Notes under the pieces: model-generated
The model's input: the letters and a program-made list of their open reading frames with translations, nothing else
The model's database searches: none
Told to the model about the DNA's origin: nothing
Position numbers and translations under genes: made by a program
Shown here: piece by piece, positions 1 to 13,100 of the stretch
How positions within the stretch are numbered: the first letter of the stretch is position 1
How the letters are laid out: the number at the start of each line of letters is the position of its first letter
Assembly: GCA_963924565.1 (NCBI GenBank)
Contig: OZ004613.1
Span: forward strand, 9,672,001-9,736,000
Length of the DNA stretch: 64,000 nt
Direction: 5' to 3'
Origin: Ascidiella aspersa
Lineage: Eukaryota

Positions 1-2473
1 GTTCTTCTACATAAGTTGTAAGTGTGAAGTAAGTTTTAATTCGTGTGTTAATTGTTAGGCTTTTTTTATAAGTGTGTTAATCGTTAGGCGTTGCTTGAGC
101 TTGATAAGGCCAGCTATACTACAGCCAACTGGGGTTTTAGGTTGACAAAATTTCGGTTTAGCCACATTTTCTTAAAATATGTATAAAAATATCCCATGCT
201 ATACTCAAACGCTGTAAAATGTTATCAATGCGAAAACTAACTTTGTTAAGACTAAATTAGTCTTAACATCTGCTCTGTCTAGCGTGTGTATTCATTCGTA
301 TATTTGAAAGGTAAATCGAAAAACAGTTCCTATCATATGTGTGCCGTTATCGTTGATAAGTACGAGTTCTGAAGGACCAGATCGCAGTCGTTCACACTTG
401 TGTATAAATGTTTCAGTGTAGATCGACGAACTACTAGTTAATGCCTATAAGATAGACTGCTTGAAAACTACCAACACAGGCCTATAGCGCATAAAATGCG
501 TAACGAATTTAATCCTTAAATACAACATAGCGTGCAACCAACCTCTGATTCCTACGCAAGTGTATAGGAGGGGACTAATGCGGCGCACAGGGATTGGATC
601 CTGGGAATTATACGCCGTTAACCGCGAATTATACACCAAAAGGGCCCATATAACTGTCACGCCGACACTCGAATGACGTCAGTTGCCACCTGAGCGTCGT
701 TTAAAAATACGCGCCTAAAGGTAGAGGTTTGTTACGTCACACAGGGATCAACAGATAAGCGCCAGCCGACGGACGGACAAAGCTGAGAAAACGGTTTGCG
801 TATGTGTCAACTTGTCAATGTGGTTTTCCAGGTGGTTGCTGTGAAAGCCTATCTACAGATTTTTGTTGGTGGATTAGAATCTAACCTAAGCTTTAGAGTC
901 CAGCTTTGCTTCGGGATTTCACATGTCGTGATTTAAAACTTCAAGTAAAACCTGAAAATTGGGCTTTCCGATTTTTTTCGGATTTGTCTAGTTTCCGAAG
1001 CAAACGTGTTTTATGGAGTACGTAAGAGTATTTCACCATGAATAGAAGTTTTCCTGATGTTATTTCATGGGAAAATTGTTCCGTTCTATAGGTTAAACCG
1101 TAAATTATGCTTTTTTAGTTCTCTAACTATGCTTTTTTAACACATTTTTCGTTTTTGAACAACTTTTTTTATCCAAGATTTAACCCAAGCAAATATTGTG
1201 ATATTGTTTTATAATACACAACGCGAAATTCCCAATTTATCGCCAAATAATAATTAAATTCTCAAAAACTTTGAGCAACATATTAGTTCACTTGAGAATA
1301 GACAACCCGCCCACAAAAATTAATTTATTTCAACACTATATCTCAAGGGCTGCACGACTTGCACGTGTCCTTCTCAACCAGCTAATCGATTTAGGTAAAA
1401 CACTCAATTAAACCCCGATGTTTCTCGCGCCCCATTGCCTGTGAACATGCAGCTCGGCCTTTAAGACAAAGGATTCGAAGCGGACAACCAGCTGTGCCGT
1501 TTAGCAGCAATCAAAAAAACAGTACATCGCTATAGTGTCTAGCTGCTCGACTGGAAAACTGCCCGACGGTGCGCATAATGCCCCGTAATCCACATAGATC
1601 GCTCCCTAAGGAGGTAAGGGAACAGGAAAGGGTAATTGCATGGCTACATGATGACGTGGTTGCGTGATTGACGAGATTTCCAGAGCAATCGATAGGAACT
1701 TGTCCATCTTTAGGAAAGTTTGACCGACAAACGGTTATCGCGAAGTTAAGTTGCCGGGAACCTAGGGGATATCATTTGACTTAGTTTTTCAATTTACGTG
1801 TCGTATTTCGGTAGTCGTTATTCTGTTTTTAATGGGTTACCGTCGTTCTGTAATAATTTATTTCGTAGGCTGCTTCGTTTTGAATTTTTGCGCAAATCGC
1901 CGGAAAGTGAAACCCATACTGTAAGGTACATGGTTTATGTCCAGACAATTAGGGCCTGATTAAAATAGAAAATAGTTTTCTGCGCAAATAAAGAAATATT
2001 TTGTGCTCTTAAATTTAAAGCGATTTATCCAACGTGAAATCTGGTGTCGCCATGTTCAGTTTATAGCTTTGTGCGATCGAGTTTGAAGCTCAAAGCTCGA
2101 AATATAAGTCCAAGATGAGTTGTTTGGCGTCCAACTTACACCAGTTGCCACCTCAGTTGCCTGTTGTAAATAGTAGTCGATCAATATTTAAGATCGTCCG
2201 CGCTCTGTTTGGCTAAAATGGCGTCTTGGCGCGAAAAAGCAATACACTTAGGCAGCTTCCGTTCGGCTACTAATCCCTTTGAAGAAACAACAATCATCTA
2301 CCTTGTACAAATACGCGCAACTCCATAAATTAATTATTCGTATAACCAAGGAGGCGCAAACGTTTTATTAACAGCAAGGAATGTCGGACGCAGGCCGAAT
2401 GGGACTGAAAATAACAGGCCAGATATAAAACTTTTGTCAAATTTCATTGACTTATTTATTAAGTGAAAATAAT

Positions 2474-2653
2474 TTTAAGACATTTTACAAAAACATGTAT
2501 AAAACAAAAAATTATTTCTTAAAATTTTACGTAGGAAATATATATTTCGCTTTATTTTCAAGGCATATATTTCTGTATATATTTTTATATATTTATGTAA
2601 AATTTTAAGAATTACTTTTGGGTTCTATACCTGTTTTTATAAATAGCCTTAAG
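2474..2653. repeat. AT-rich inverted repeat (decayed foldback element)
   Basis: aattatttcttaaaattttacgt mirrored by atgtaaaattttaagaattactt, with outer arms also pairing. Confidence 0.6.
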
Positions 2654-3599
2654 ATCGTCTAATACGAAAGCAAAAAAATATATATTTGTTTTCAGTTTAA
2701 TGTTTGCTGAAGATTCCTTACTTCACAAAGTGTTTCAGCTTATTAAGCAAAGGAAACACAATGAGTTAAATAAATAGTGAGCTTTATATAAAAGTCTTTA
2801 AGGTCAAAATTTCATCTTTATTTTCAACTAAAGTTAAATTTGCATCCGACAAACTTTTACTCGTTAATAAACTATTAATAACCATATCGTAACTCCGTTA
2901 AGACAATACGCCGCGGGCCGCATCTGGCCCTCAGTTAGGTGATAGCTGGTTTAGCGTGACAACCGAAAAAAATCTAACTTGAATCGCTTCCGCACCAGTT
3001 CGGCTTTAAACAAATCGCCTGTCAGAAGAAAAACCTCTTGGTTTAGCGGCAAGCCTACTCAAGATCTTTTTCCTTTGGGGTCAAAGCCCTTGTGGTCACC
3101 TCCATCTAGCTTTTTGTGGTTTTCTATTCCCGTTGTAAGCATTGTGCCGGGTTTGCGCTTGGCTGGGCCGCCATACGTAAAGCCGCCGCGCCACAAAGTT
3201 GTTTTTGTCGTAATTTAGAGTCGCAGGCAGCAGCGGTGGGAATAAGCGCTAATAGAAACTCTTGTGGCTTTTTTGTTGTTTCAAGAGGCCCTAATCCTTT
3301 ACTTGTGGCTTTGAAATTAGGTGGCACCGGTCATTTAATTAATCAGATTTACTGTTTATACAACTAATTAATTGTAAACATTATTTTTTTCACTGTTGAA
3401 AAAAATCTATCATGTATACAACTATTTATTTGTAAACCCTATTTTTTTAAATATGGTAAGTGGTGGATATATATGTCCCAAAAAGTAATTCAGGTAACAC
3501 CGCCAAATAATTGATTTTTTTTTTTAGCACAAACACTAGATTCCGCGATATGTGGTACCGTATGTATGTGAGATGAACAAAATTGAAATCAGTAGAACT

Positions 3600-3932
3600 A
3601 GGCTTGTCTGTTGTTTAACAGTTTATTCCAATACCGATACGAAATGCTTTAGACGAAAAGTTCCGCGATCCAATACAAACCAAAAGACCTTTTTGTTTTG
3701 CTCAAACAAGAAACATTTGTGCCTTTGAAGTAGAAGGCCCTTTTTCCAGGTTTTTAAGCCAAAATTACATCCAGTTGTTTATTTTGTTTTTAAATTTACG
3801 TTTTTCGGGGCTGAAATTCCTATGTTCATTGGTATCGGATCGGCACCGATACCACCCTAGTATCGGACGAGTAACGATACTAGCACTTGGCATCTGGTAT
3901 CGGCTCCGATCCGATATTATCGGACATCCTTA
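3600..3932 (-). mobile_element. MITE family A copy
   Basis: gtatcggatcggcaccgatac...gtatcggacgagta...cttggcatc...ggctccgatccgatattatcggacatcct. Confidence 0.65.
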
Positions 3933-5111
3933 GTTAAAACTGTCAAAAATAAATTGTATTTTTGATCCAACAGTGTCAAATCCAACACTGTATAGATTCA
4001 CCGATTTATTTTATTTGCCCTGAAGATTGCGAGGCCTGAAAGCACGCGCTTAAACGCCTAATTTACCAAAGTTTATTCATCATACGTAAGCGCTTTGAGC
4101 GAATAAACTCACTTCTTATACCAGGACCACAACCTTGTGCCCCTTTAACAGACCGGATCACCCGCAATCGCGTCACATGGAGATCGAATTGCGAGATTTC
4201 CCTGAATTTTTGCTTTCGGGGTTGTGTGTAGAGCATTTCGTGCGCAACCGAACCTGAAATGCTTATTTTAGGCGGTGTGCGGCCGCTTTTTCCATCTACA
4301 GTTTCCGAGGCGATGCATTTTGAGGGCGATAGGGGCCGTATATAGCAAACTTGAAAAAAAAACTTGAAAACGCAGGAGACCAACTAATGGCCATGGAAAT
4401 TAGTTCAAATTTAAAAAAATTAGTTCAAATTTGCCGATCCGTTTTATATAAATTCGGTTATGCGTTGGGATTCGAATGAGTGGTAATAAGAAGCCATTCA
4501 TTTTGTTAACCTGTGGACTTAACTGCCCAAACAATTCTCATTTTTCTATTTTCTTTTCAAACGCGCTCTGTTAGAAACCTAATAAATTACGTTATGTCCA
4601 AACGCCGTGCGAACATTTGATGCTAAAAACGATGCTCTTCCTGCGATTTCAAACATTTGATGTTGTTTCCTCCCAAGGCAGCCCCTTTGAAACACCCCAC
4701 TCTCCCTTGTCTGATGCGATTGATTAGTATTTTTCCACGTTCGGCGGAAGCTGTAACCACTCGCTGTAGGCTGTATATTCACTTAAGTGGCTCGGCTTTT
4801 CCTTTTTTTGCGGATTTACCACAACAACCATAGTTTTGCGTGCTTCTTGTTTTTTTATTTTTTTGGCGAAATCGTGCGATGCCACGCGGTTCTTTACAAT
4901 CGATGGGAAAACGGGAAATGGCTGGAATTGCGAGTCGGGAAGCGTCAACAATTGGCGAGCGCGAAAAATGCCAGCCATGTGAAGGTAAATACCCGTTTCC
5001 GCTGGGATCGGACACGGCTATTGAAGTCGCTCCGTGCATTTTTGCTGTCGGAAAGCTAAACCTTTTTAGTCGTATAGGCTTTGTCTTATGCCAAAACGAC
5101 TGTACACCCAA

Positions 5112-5430
5112 ATAGATATGTATGATAATATCGAATTGGAGCCGATAGCCGATGCCAAGTGGTAGTATCGATACTCGTCCGATCTTCGGGTAGTGTCAGT
5201 GCCGATTTGATATCAAATTATTGTGCCAAATTAAGACTTGATTTACGATCAAATCAACCAACCTTTATGCTGAAACGTAAATTTATTTAAAAATAACTCG
5301 GGTTAATTAAACTTAACGCAAAATTTTGGCCTAAGAACTTGGTGAAAAACGTGTTATCGGATCGTGTCGCGATGTCTTTGTCCAAAATATCGGGTATTGG
5401 TGATAAAACATCAAATATCGAACATCCCTA
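5112..5430 (+). mobile_element. MITE family A (hAT-like; ends in CATCCCTA; many GTATCGG/CCGATAC subterminal motifs)
   Basis: Shared block gataatatcg...ggagccga...gatgccaag...gatactcgtccgat...gtgccgat also at ~3600-3932 (inverted), ~6111-6457 (inverted) and ~51911-52030; boundaries approximate. Confidence 0.7.
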
Positions 5431-6110
5431 CACCCAGGAGAAATTAAAATGCAACTCAACTCGTATTTGGGCGTAGAGCAGACCGAATTCTGCCAGCAAA
5501 ATCATTCCGTTTTGCTGTTAAAAACATGAAATCTTTGGTAAACAACCTGATGCGCACTGTCGCAATTTCCAATCCTGAGTACTTAATAGAAGATGATAGT
5601 CAACTCAGAAATCTTATTCAGCCGGATATCAAACGCGTGGCAGCTCGGTTTACGTTTCGAATATACGGCGCGTTTCAGCTCTGTAAAAAAATGAGTCGGC
5701 CCCCCCTTTCAAAAAAGCGTCTGGAAATCGACCTTTAATCTGTCTGGCAAGTCCGATTTGGCGCAAAGCGAAACCTCATAAAAGCGCCATCAATCAAAAC
5801 GGGTCGGGCGGAAAAAACAAGCTGTGAGACACGGCAGAGCTACGCAACAGTCATGCCCGCGCAACAAAGCCAAGCCGCGACGTAAACAACTGGTCGGGTG
5901 TCGATATAACTAGTAACCGACCGTTTCTCCCAACAAACACCGCTCTCATGTGCTTGTGTTCGCGCTATACACTCTACATAGCGGGATTGCGAAGCTAAAA
6001 GCGGCCTGCGTCATTTCGTTTCCGGCTTTTTACGCTTTTGGAGTCGGCCCGCCCCAAAACACAACCCTGGAATTTTGTTGTTTCCGAAATTTTTGCCCTC
6101 TGCTTGTCAG

Positions 6111-6457
6111 AAGGCATGTCCGATGTGTCGCAATTTATTCCGATAGCGATTTCCGATACTTTGGGAAAAACGTATTGCCGATTCGATGCTAAATTACGTC
6201 ATTATTATATTGAAATTTGGAAACGTAATATTTTGTTAGGCAAAAAATGCTTTAGCGCTCAGTTACCTTTGTTATGCCATCTAGCCATTTTTCAAAATAA
6301 AAATTAAAAAACGCCGAAAATTAGTTTAGAAAGCACGGCGGAAATGCATAATAAAGTATCGGATCCGTACCGATACCCTTGTATCGGACGAGTACCGATC
6401 TTACCACGTGACATCAGCCGGGAATAGGCTCCAATCCAACATTACCGAACTTCCCTG
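6111..6457 (-). mobile_element. MITE family A copy
   Basis: gtatcggatccgtaccgataccc...gtatcggacgagtaccgat...ggctccaatcc...gaacttccct. Confidence 0.6.
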
Positions 6458-8977
6458 GTTTTCAGTACGCTTTAAAATAATTCGCTCTACGTTTCTGTTT
6501 CAAAATTACATAAAATAAAAAACGCCGGTGGACCGTGACGTCACGTAACACCCTTTAGTTCCTGACGTATAGCGCCGGGTTCAGGCCGGTTTTACGACAG
6601 GAAGGAGGGGCGGTGTCAGGTCGAACGCTTTTCGGTTTCGCTTTACAACGGGTTAGGGAATGTTGGCAGGCGCCTACAGGCCTGCTTCGTCTGGAGTTTT
6701 GCTCGTTTTTCCTTCATCGCTAGAATTCGGCGTCCGCCTGCGAAAGGTCCCGGGAGAATTTTTTGAACAGCCCTGTCGTTTTTCTGCCTTAGATTGAGTG
6801 GGGTAAACCATTTGCGTTTCGTTGTAGATTCGTAGGTTCTTTTTGATTGGCGTATTTCTCGAAATAATTCACTTAAGTACGGTAACGAGTATTGGCGATT
6901 AGCTACTATCGAGTACGCTGTTTACTGGTATAGAGTCATTTATTCACCCCTAATTTCATATTTTATTCAATTTTTTGAGGCAATGGAAAAAACAATTTTA
7001 GGAAGAGTTATAAGAGCAATCTCCGTGAATCATCATTGTGGCTTTTCGACAACAAATCGCAGCTAGTAGTTTAAATGGAATTTGCAAAAACAAAATTCGC
7101 GACAATAAGTTGAAATCAAATTTTCAAGAACATGTAACACGTTGTACAGTAAAGAGTATAATCTAAACGTCGATGCTCGTTTTTAGACGGCTATATTTCT
7201 ACTGATTTCTTCAAAAATTAAGGATAAAGGCCTGGAACTGCAAGCGAAAATTAAATGCTCGAAATTATCGGAGTGAAAAACTGCCCATCATCTAATGTTA
7301 CATTCACCAGCCTACTACTGTTACCAGCGTTCGTATAAACTTACTCCAGTAATCGAATTGCCCTCTTTGTGTCCCAAACTTTCCAGCGTTGAGTAATACG
7401 GGAACTCCCCCGCACCTTTCACAAAATTATCCTGGCCACGTGTTTTGGCCTTCGGCGGCGATGACTCAACGCTATGACGTCACAACGTCAGCACCCAGCA
7501 ACTTGGTTGAGTCATTCGGCGTTATTGACAGATGCGTGGTGGGGTGAAAAAGCCGCTTAGCGATGTTAGCACGTGATACGCGGAAACCGCTTTAAAATTA
7601 GTGTGGAAATTGAGGTCTGGCAAATTAAACTTACCGAAATCTCAATTTCAAAGCTATTAATTTTTGCGACCATCAACTGTTAAAATCTGATTTTCGCGAA
7701 CATCAACTTCTTCTTTTTACGAATATATTTTAATAATATTTAAATTCAGGTCAGGGTTTTTAAGCTGGCCATATTTGAGTACAAAGCACAGCTAAGCAAA
7801 ACAGAAATCTACTTATTGTAAAGATGTTAGAAATTAATCAAGAGGTGCTTTGGTTTTCCTGCTACGTCTAACTATTTGATATTTACTTTTTTGTTTTGTT
7901 GGCCGCCTTCTCATCTATCATGTCACCCGACCCTTTCTTTAAATCAAATTGTGATGCGTTCGGCAGCTGGCAATTTTTTTACAGCATTAAATTTGCCGCG
8001 CGAGTGTTGAAAAAGGTTAGACGCCCGAAAGCTGAAACCCCGATATTTAGCACACAGGTCAAAAAATATCAAGGACGATTCTCTGTGTCCGGGAAACCTG
8101 TCTAAAGTCTGTCAACGCCATACCATTCCCGAGTATTCCTCGAAAACACGAACCGCCTTATCTTAAAACACCGTGGCTTCGCGCAGCCATCGTAACTCTT
8201 CTCCAAGCAAAAAAACTCGTATATGACGCGTGTTATGCCGACAAGCGAATTAGCGGTTTGCGAGCGCTATTTGGGCGGCTGCTGATTTGTTGACCGCACA
8301 ACGCGATTTGGGTCGCCCAGCGTCGCGTCTTTTCGCCTTATGTAGAGTACAACAACACAAAAATCGGCGTTAATGCGACGTAAACCGCCGATCATCCCGC
8401 GTTGAGCGTTTACCCAACGCGCGGAATTTGCACCGTTTTTGATTTGCGTCGATGTTTTGTGCAGCGTTGGCCTATGGGGGCGTAATTAGCATTGCAAAAG
8501 TAGTATATTTTGCGAATTTCTGACCGTTGATGCTGTTTAGATTTGGTCTTATTACATTTGAATAATAAAGGAATGTGACTACTCATTATCTGTTTTTTGT
8601 TGGATGTTAAGTCACATACGACATATGGGCAGCTCGACTCGATGACCATAAGGTCGTTTCGCTTTCCTTCTGTTTGTCTTTATTTTATTCTCATTGTTTC
8701 GAGTTTGCAAAGATGCACAGAAAATAAATTGAAACTTTAATCTTAATATAAAAAAAATATCATAGCTACAATTTGAAGATCTTTTATTGCAGAATTAGAT
8801 CAAGGTATTTTTAAACGTTCAAAACCTCAATTTTTGCAAAATGTTGGCAACTGAACTGCGGCCCAATTCCAACATGGTTGTAGCCCTCATACTGTAACCT
8901 ATAGTTGGTTAAGCCGTCCAACACCCGCCATTCCCACAGCCTTACAAGTACTACATTAGGGTGTATTTTTACACAAT

Positions 8978-9080
8978 TCAAAACCATCGACGGCAGGTTT
9001 TAACCGGTCGATCACTGCTCCGCTGACGCGTATATTAACAAGCAAAACTCATAGTTAAAAATATGAGTAAAAACAGGATC
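8978..9080 (+). repeat. Dispersed repeat shared with ~56760-56857
   Basis: caggttt...gtcgatcactg.tccgctgacgcgtatat.aacaa...caggatc at both sites. Confidence 0.7.
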
Positions 9081-9981
9081 GGACGTTTTGTTTAGAAGGA
9101 AAATATATTTCGCAAAGTGGCATCGTCAGTTCCTTATTCAAACGGCTTGGACTGTACGCTATACTCGACCTTTAACGTACATACGCGCCGACGCACGACG
9201 AAACGGAAATTTGACACCCCGTCGCGCATTCGATTGATCAATGAGCCCGTGGCGATTTTCCGCAGTGAGCAAGAAACGAAGCAAAAAATCCCCGATCGCC
9301 CCGTGTCCGTAGTATTACCGCATCGCCGCCCGCACCCCCTCCCCCCTATGCTTCTTTCGCAACGAGAGAACGGTTTCCTGCCTTTTGCGCGGCAATCTTT
9401 TGGCGAAAACAAGATAAACCCTGTCGCCACCAAACCGCGATAAACGCAAGCGAGCGGGGTTCGCCTGTGTTGTATTACTGGAAAATTTCTTACGTCGTGA
9501 TGGCTGTTTTAGTTTATTGAGTGAGTTTGATAAAATCTGGTCTAGATTGTTCTATCATTACCTGTTAGTCGTGCCTTACAGAGATGTACGATACGGCCTG
9601 GTTAAACATGCGTAAAAGAGACCATCTCCAAGGAAAGTGCTCCTGTTGGTAACTCCCCCAAAAATTTTGACGTTAATTTTAATTGTGGCTTTTATTTGAG
9701 CTGCCATCTAAGCATAACTGTACCATCTTAAAGTTATTTTTTCAAGCCCAATTAATTCTTAAAAAAATACACGTTTTTTTCAAGTATACACTACTTTTAA
9801 GTACTGCACAATACCCATACCATGTCTAAGATTTTCGGTTACTTAAACATTCCCAAGTCTTAGTTTGTGTTGGGTTTCGTATTCTGAACAACTAGACAAA
9901 AACAGTTAAATTGCTTTTGTGTCTGAGGTGATCGTTTCCGTGCTTACTTGTCAAGTGTTTAAATTACTTTTTTCGTTCCAG

Positions 9982-10105
9982 AAAACGGCCGCCGACTGCC
10001 ACGGAAAGCGCTACTGCGGGCTGCTGGTTCACCACAGGGTGTTCGGGGACGACCCCTGTCCCGGAACCACCAAGTACCTGACCGTCAACTACAAATGCAG
10101 ATTGA
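9982..10105 (+). CDS. EVA1C: EVA1C-like exon: C-terminal half of SUEL domain 1
   Basis: ttccag|AAA...TTG A|gtgagt; FGDDPCPGTTKYL motif. Confidence 0.93.
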
Positions 10106-13100
10106 GTGAGTGCAGTTTGATCGGTTCGGATTTCACCTTTGCTTATTTTATTTGCGTGAAAACGTTATGACATTACTTAAGCTTACTATAAATCGAAATT
10201 AAATTTCGTCGAGAAATAAGTTAGAAGACGTTTGTCACCAGTATTTGCTGCCTATTATCTCTATATATTTTTAATGTAACCTATAGTTAAATTTAGGTTT
10301 AACCAATGGTTCCGTAAGCTTTGTGACACTATTGCCAAGTAAAATCCAGGTCTGGTTTCGGCTTACTACATTCCAACATACTTCATTCAGTAATTGTCAC
10401 TTGAAATATAAAAAAAGTGTCATTAGTCTAAATGAAAATTTAACTGGCCGTCGTCAGATCTCCAATCAAACTTTGATATAAAATAACTTTGCATTGAAGA
10501 ACTTGATGCAGTAGCGGAGTGCGACGCCCTTGGAAAATTAAAACCACACAAGGGCAATAACGTTTAAATTAAACCTTTTGGCGTTATTAAACAATTATTT
10601 TGATCAGCAAAATACTCTCAAAGGACGTCGCTACGCGCAGTTTAAGGACCTCTTCCGTAGCGTGAAAGCAAAGTTTGCAAATATGTTTAACGTTTTCTCT
10701 CAACGTTTCTTCCTTAAATTTAGCATTTAAACACGTAAAAAATGCCTAATTCCTAAGTGTACATCTCTTTATTATTTTGTCGTAACACCCCGCAAACCTC
10801 GCGTTTTTCTGCTTAGTGCCGGACGAGTTCAAGAAGCGAGACACTTGCGACGAGAAGACCATGGTGGTGCGCTGCGCACGCGCAAAGTACGTAATCGCCG
10901 TTTACAACGTCACAATGACGCATCGCGACGACTGCGGCAACTTCAGCGCGGCAAGTAAGTCTCGGAAAATTGTTATCTGGATTATGTTGGTCCAAACTTG
11001 ACTGCACAATGTTAAAATACTAAAAGAAGTTTTATAATAGGGTTCCGGTTATAATCATGACGTCACACCTACTTTTGCCCAAAACAGTAATCCTACTTTT
11101 GTTATAATTTTTTGGGCGGAGCTATTTTTGGGGGGTGGAATTCTTTTTCAATATTTTTTGTGGTGTTTTTAGGCCACTTTTAATAGATTAATAACAAAAA
11201 TTAGGAACAATCTTTGTGCCCTGTTTTCTGTTAAGGACTTTTGACTTAAAATTCAGTTTAGCAGCAATCTACCATTCTGATTTACAATTATCAAGCACGC
11301 GATGTTTCCAGACCGTGTGTCGTGTTTTAAAATTTAGGGTGGTCGGCTTTGGCAAGTCTTCCACAGTAGCCTTTTACCAACACGATGACCGTTGTTCGAT
11401 ATCTATATGCGGAAAACTTCGCTTGTAAAACACGGCGCGCTACACACATTCGCACTTCTGTGTCCGGCCTTTATCAACAAATCGAGGCTGCGGACTCTAT
11501 AAAACAAACAACCGTTCGGCGCCAATATCAAACCAAACGCGGTCTTTGGCAGCAGCCTACTTACCAGTTTCAACACGTTGCTTCCTGTTTTTTTACCAGT
11601 TAAACGGCATTTCCTAAATCTTGGGTAACTATGATTCATGACTGGATTATGCAACTGCCGGTTTAGAATTTCGATAGTATACACGACCGATTTTTCACTG
11701 AACATATGTGATTGGCCATTGCAAGGTGCGAAGATAAAACATGCGCGATGCATGGCTAATTTTCCCACTTGAAAGGGTTTTAAGGTTTATTTTGTGACAA
11801 AAATGTTAAACTCAATTTTGACGAGGTAAAATGAAACTCAAATTGACAAAGAACTACTGAGTTTTTGGTACGGTTAAAGCCTTAGTTTTCAGGGTAGAAA
11901 AAGTAATTGCTAATTAAGCAATAGATCAGTTCAAATAACACCCCAAAAGAAGTTTACTTTTTCTTTGTCAACCAAGTTCTAAGCCCCGTTTTAAACGCAC
12001 TGGCAACGAACAATTTAAAGGTAATACGAAAGCGCCCTTAAGCACAATAAACTAGTTTTCGGCTTCCGGGAAACCGGTACCAGATACAGGGCCGTGACAG
12101 CATTCCGTACACAACCATCCTCTCTGGTTTGCCAACGATAAGAAACCCACCAACCGCGAGGAGAAAATCCCCTTTCGAGATCTTTCTTTTCGCTAGGGGC
12201 GGGCTGGAGCTGTTGATTGAATCAGCAGAAAAAGGTGCAAATTTTGAGCGTTTATGTTAAAGTGAACAGCATTAGTTTTAAACCACGTTATTGCAAAGAA
12301 CTTTGTTGGAAGCGGGATTAGGCGAAGATACCGCAGTAACAGCAATGCTATTTCCTTATAGACCCTCACTAACACGGTGCTATACTGTTGTGGTATACAT
12401 TAAATAGATGTGAGAATGGCATTTGTAGGTCGTATGACTGCTGCCTGATTGTCGCTAAATTAATAAAAAAAACAATAAATGTACAATGTTTAAATCGTCT
12501 ATGTTTTTTTGTGCAGAATGCATATTATGCGATGTTGATAAGGCTCGTCATCTCTTTAAATGCTTAAATCATTCATGACAGTGAGTTTGGAAAAACACAA
12601 GTAACCCAAATATTTATCACGAGGATTTGTTACTACTTAGGAACTTTACGCACGGCAAAGCGCAAAACCGACCCTTAAACTACCTGTAAATTGTCCGTTA
12701 CTTTCTGAGCGTATATGGCTAATCTCTAAAGCTTCTGAGTCTATCAATCACGTGAGCATCCAACGAGAAAATTACTACAACTCGGAATAGATTTAAGGAA
12801 AGACATGTAACTCTCTTCTAAACCCCGGCTCAAACATGGGGCGCGTTAAACCTTTTTCGTAAATTTTTGTGGGGGATTTTTTCCGTCCGAAGTTACTTAA
12901 CGCAAATTCACAAAGTGATGCATTTGTTGATAAATGGTTTTGACCTGTCTGTGTGGCTTATTCTCATCCCCACTAAGAACTGTTAGGTCTGTTTGACCGT
13001 CACTGGGATAATATAACAGTGTGTCGAATGTTCTTTACTCACTTATCAATATTTTTACTCACCTATCAATATATTTTTTGCAAGAGTGTATTTACGTTTA

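Noticed and set aside
1-9981. Upstream EVA1C exons or an independent gene
   Set aside because: I found no exon with credible splice sites and SUEL-like or other recognisable sequence; the short ORFs coincide with GC-rich non-coding islands.
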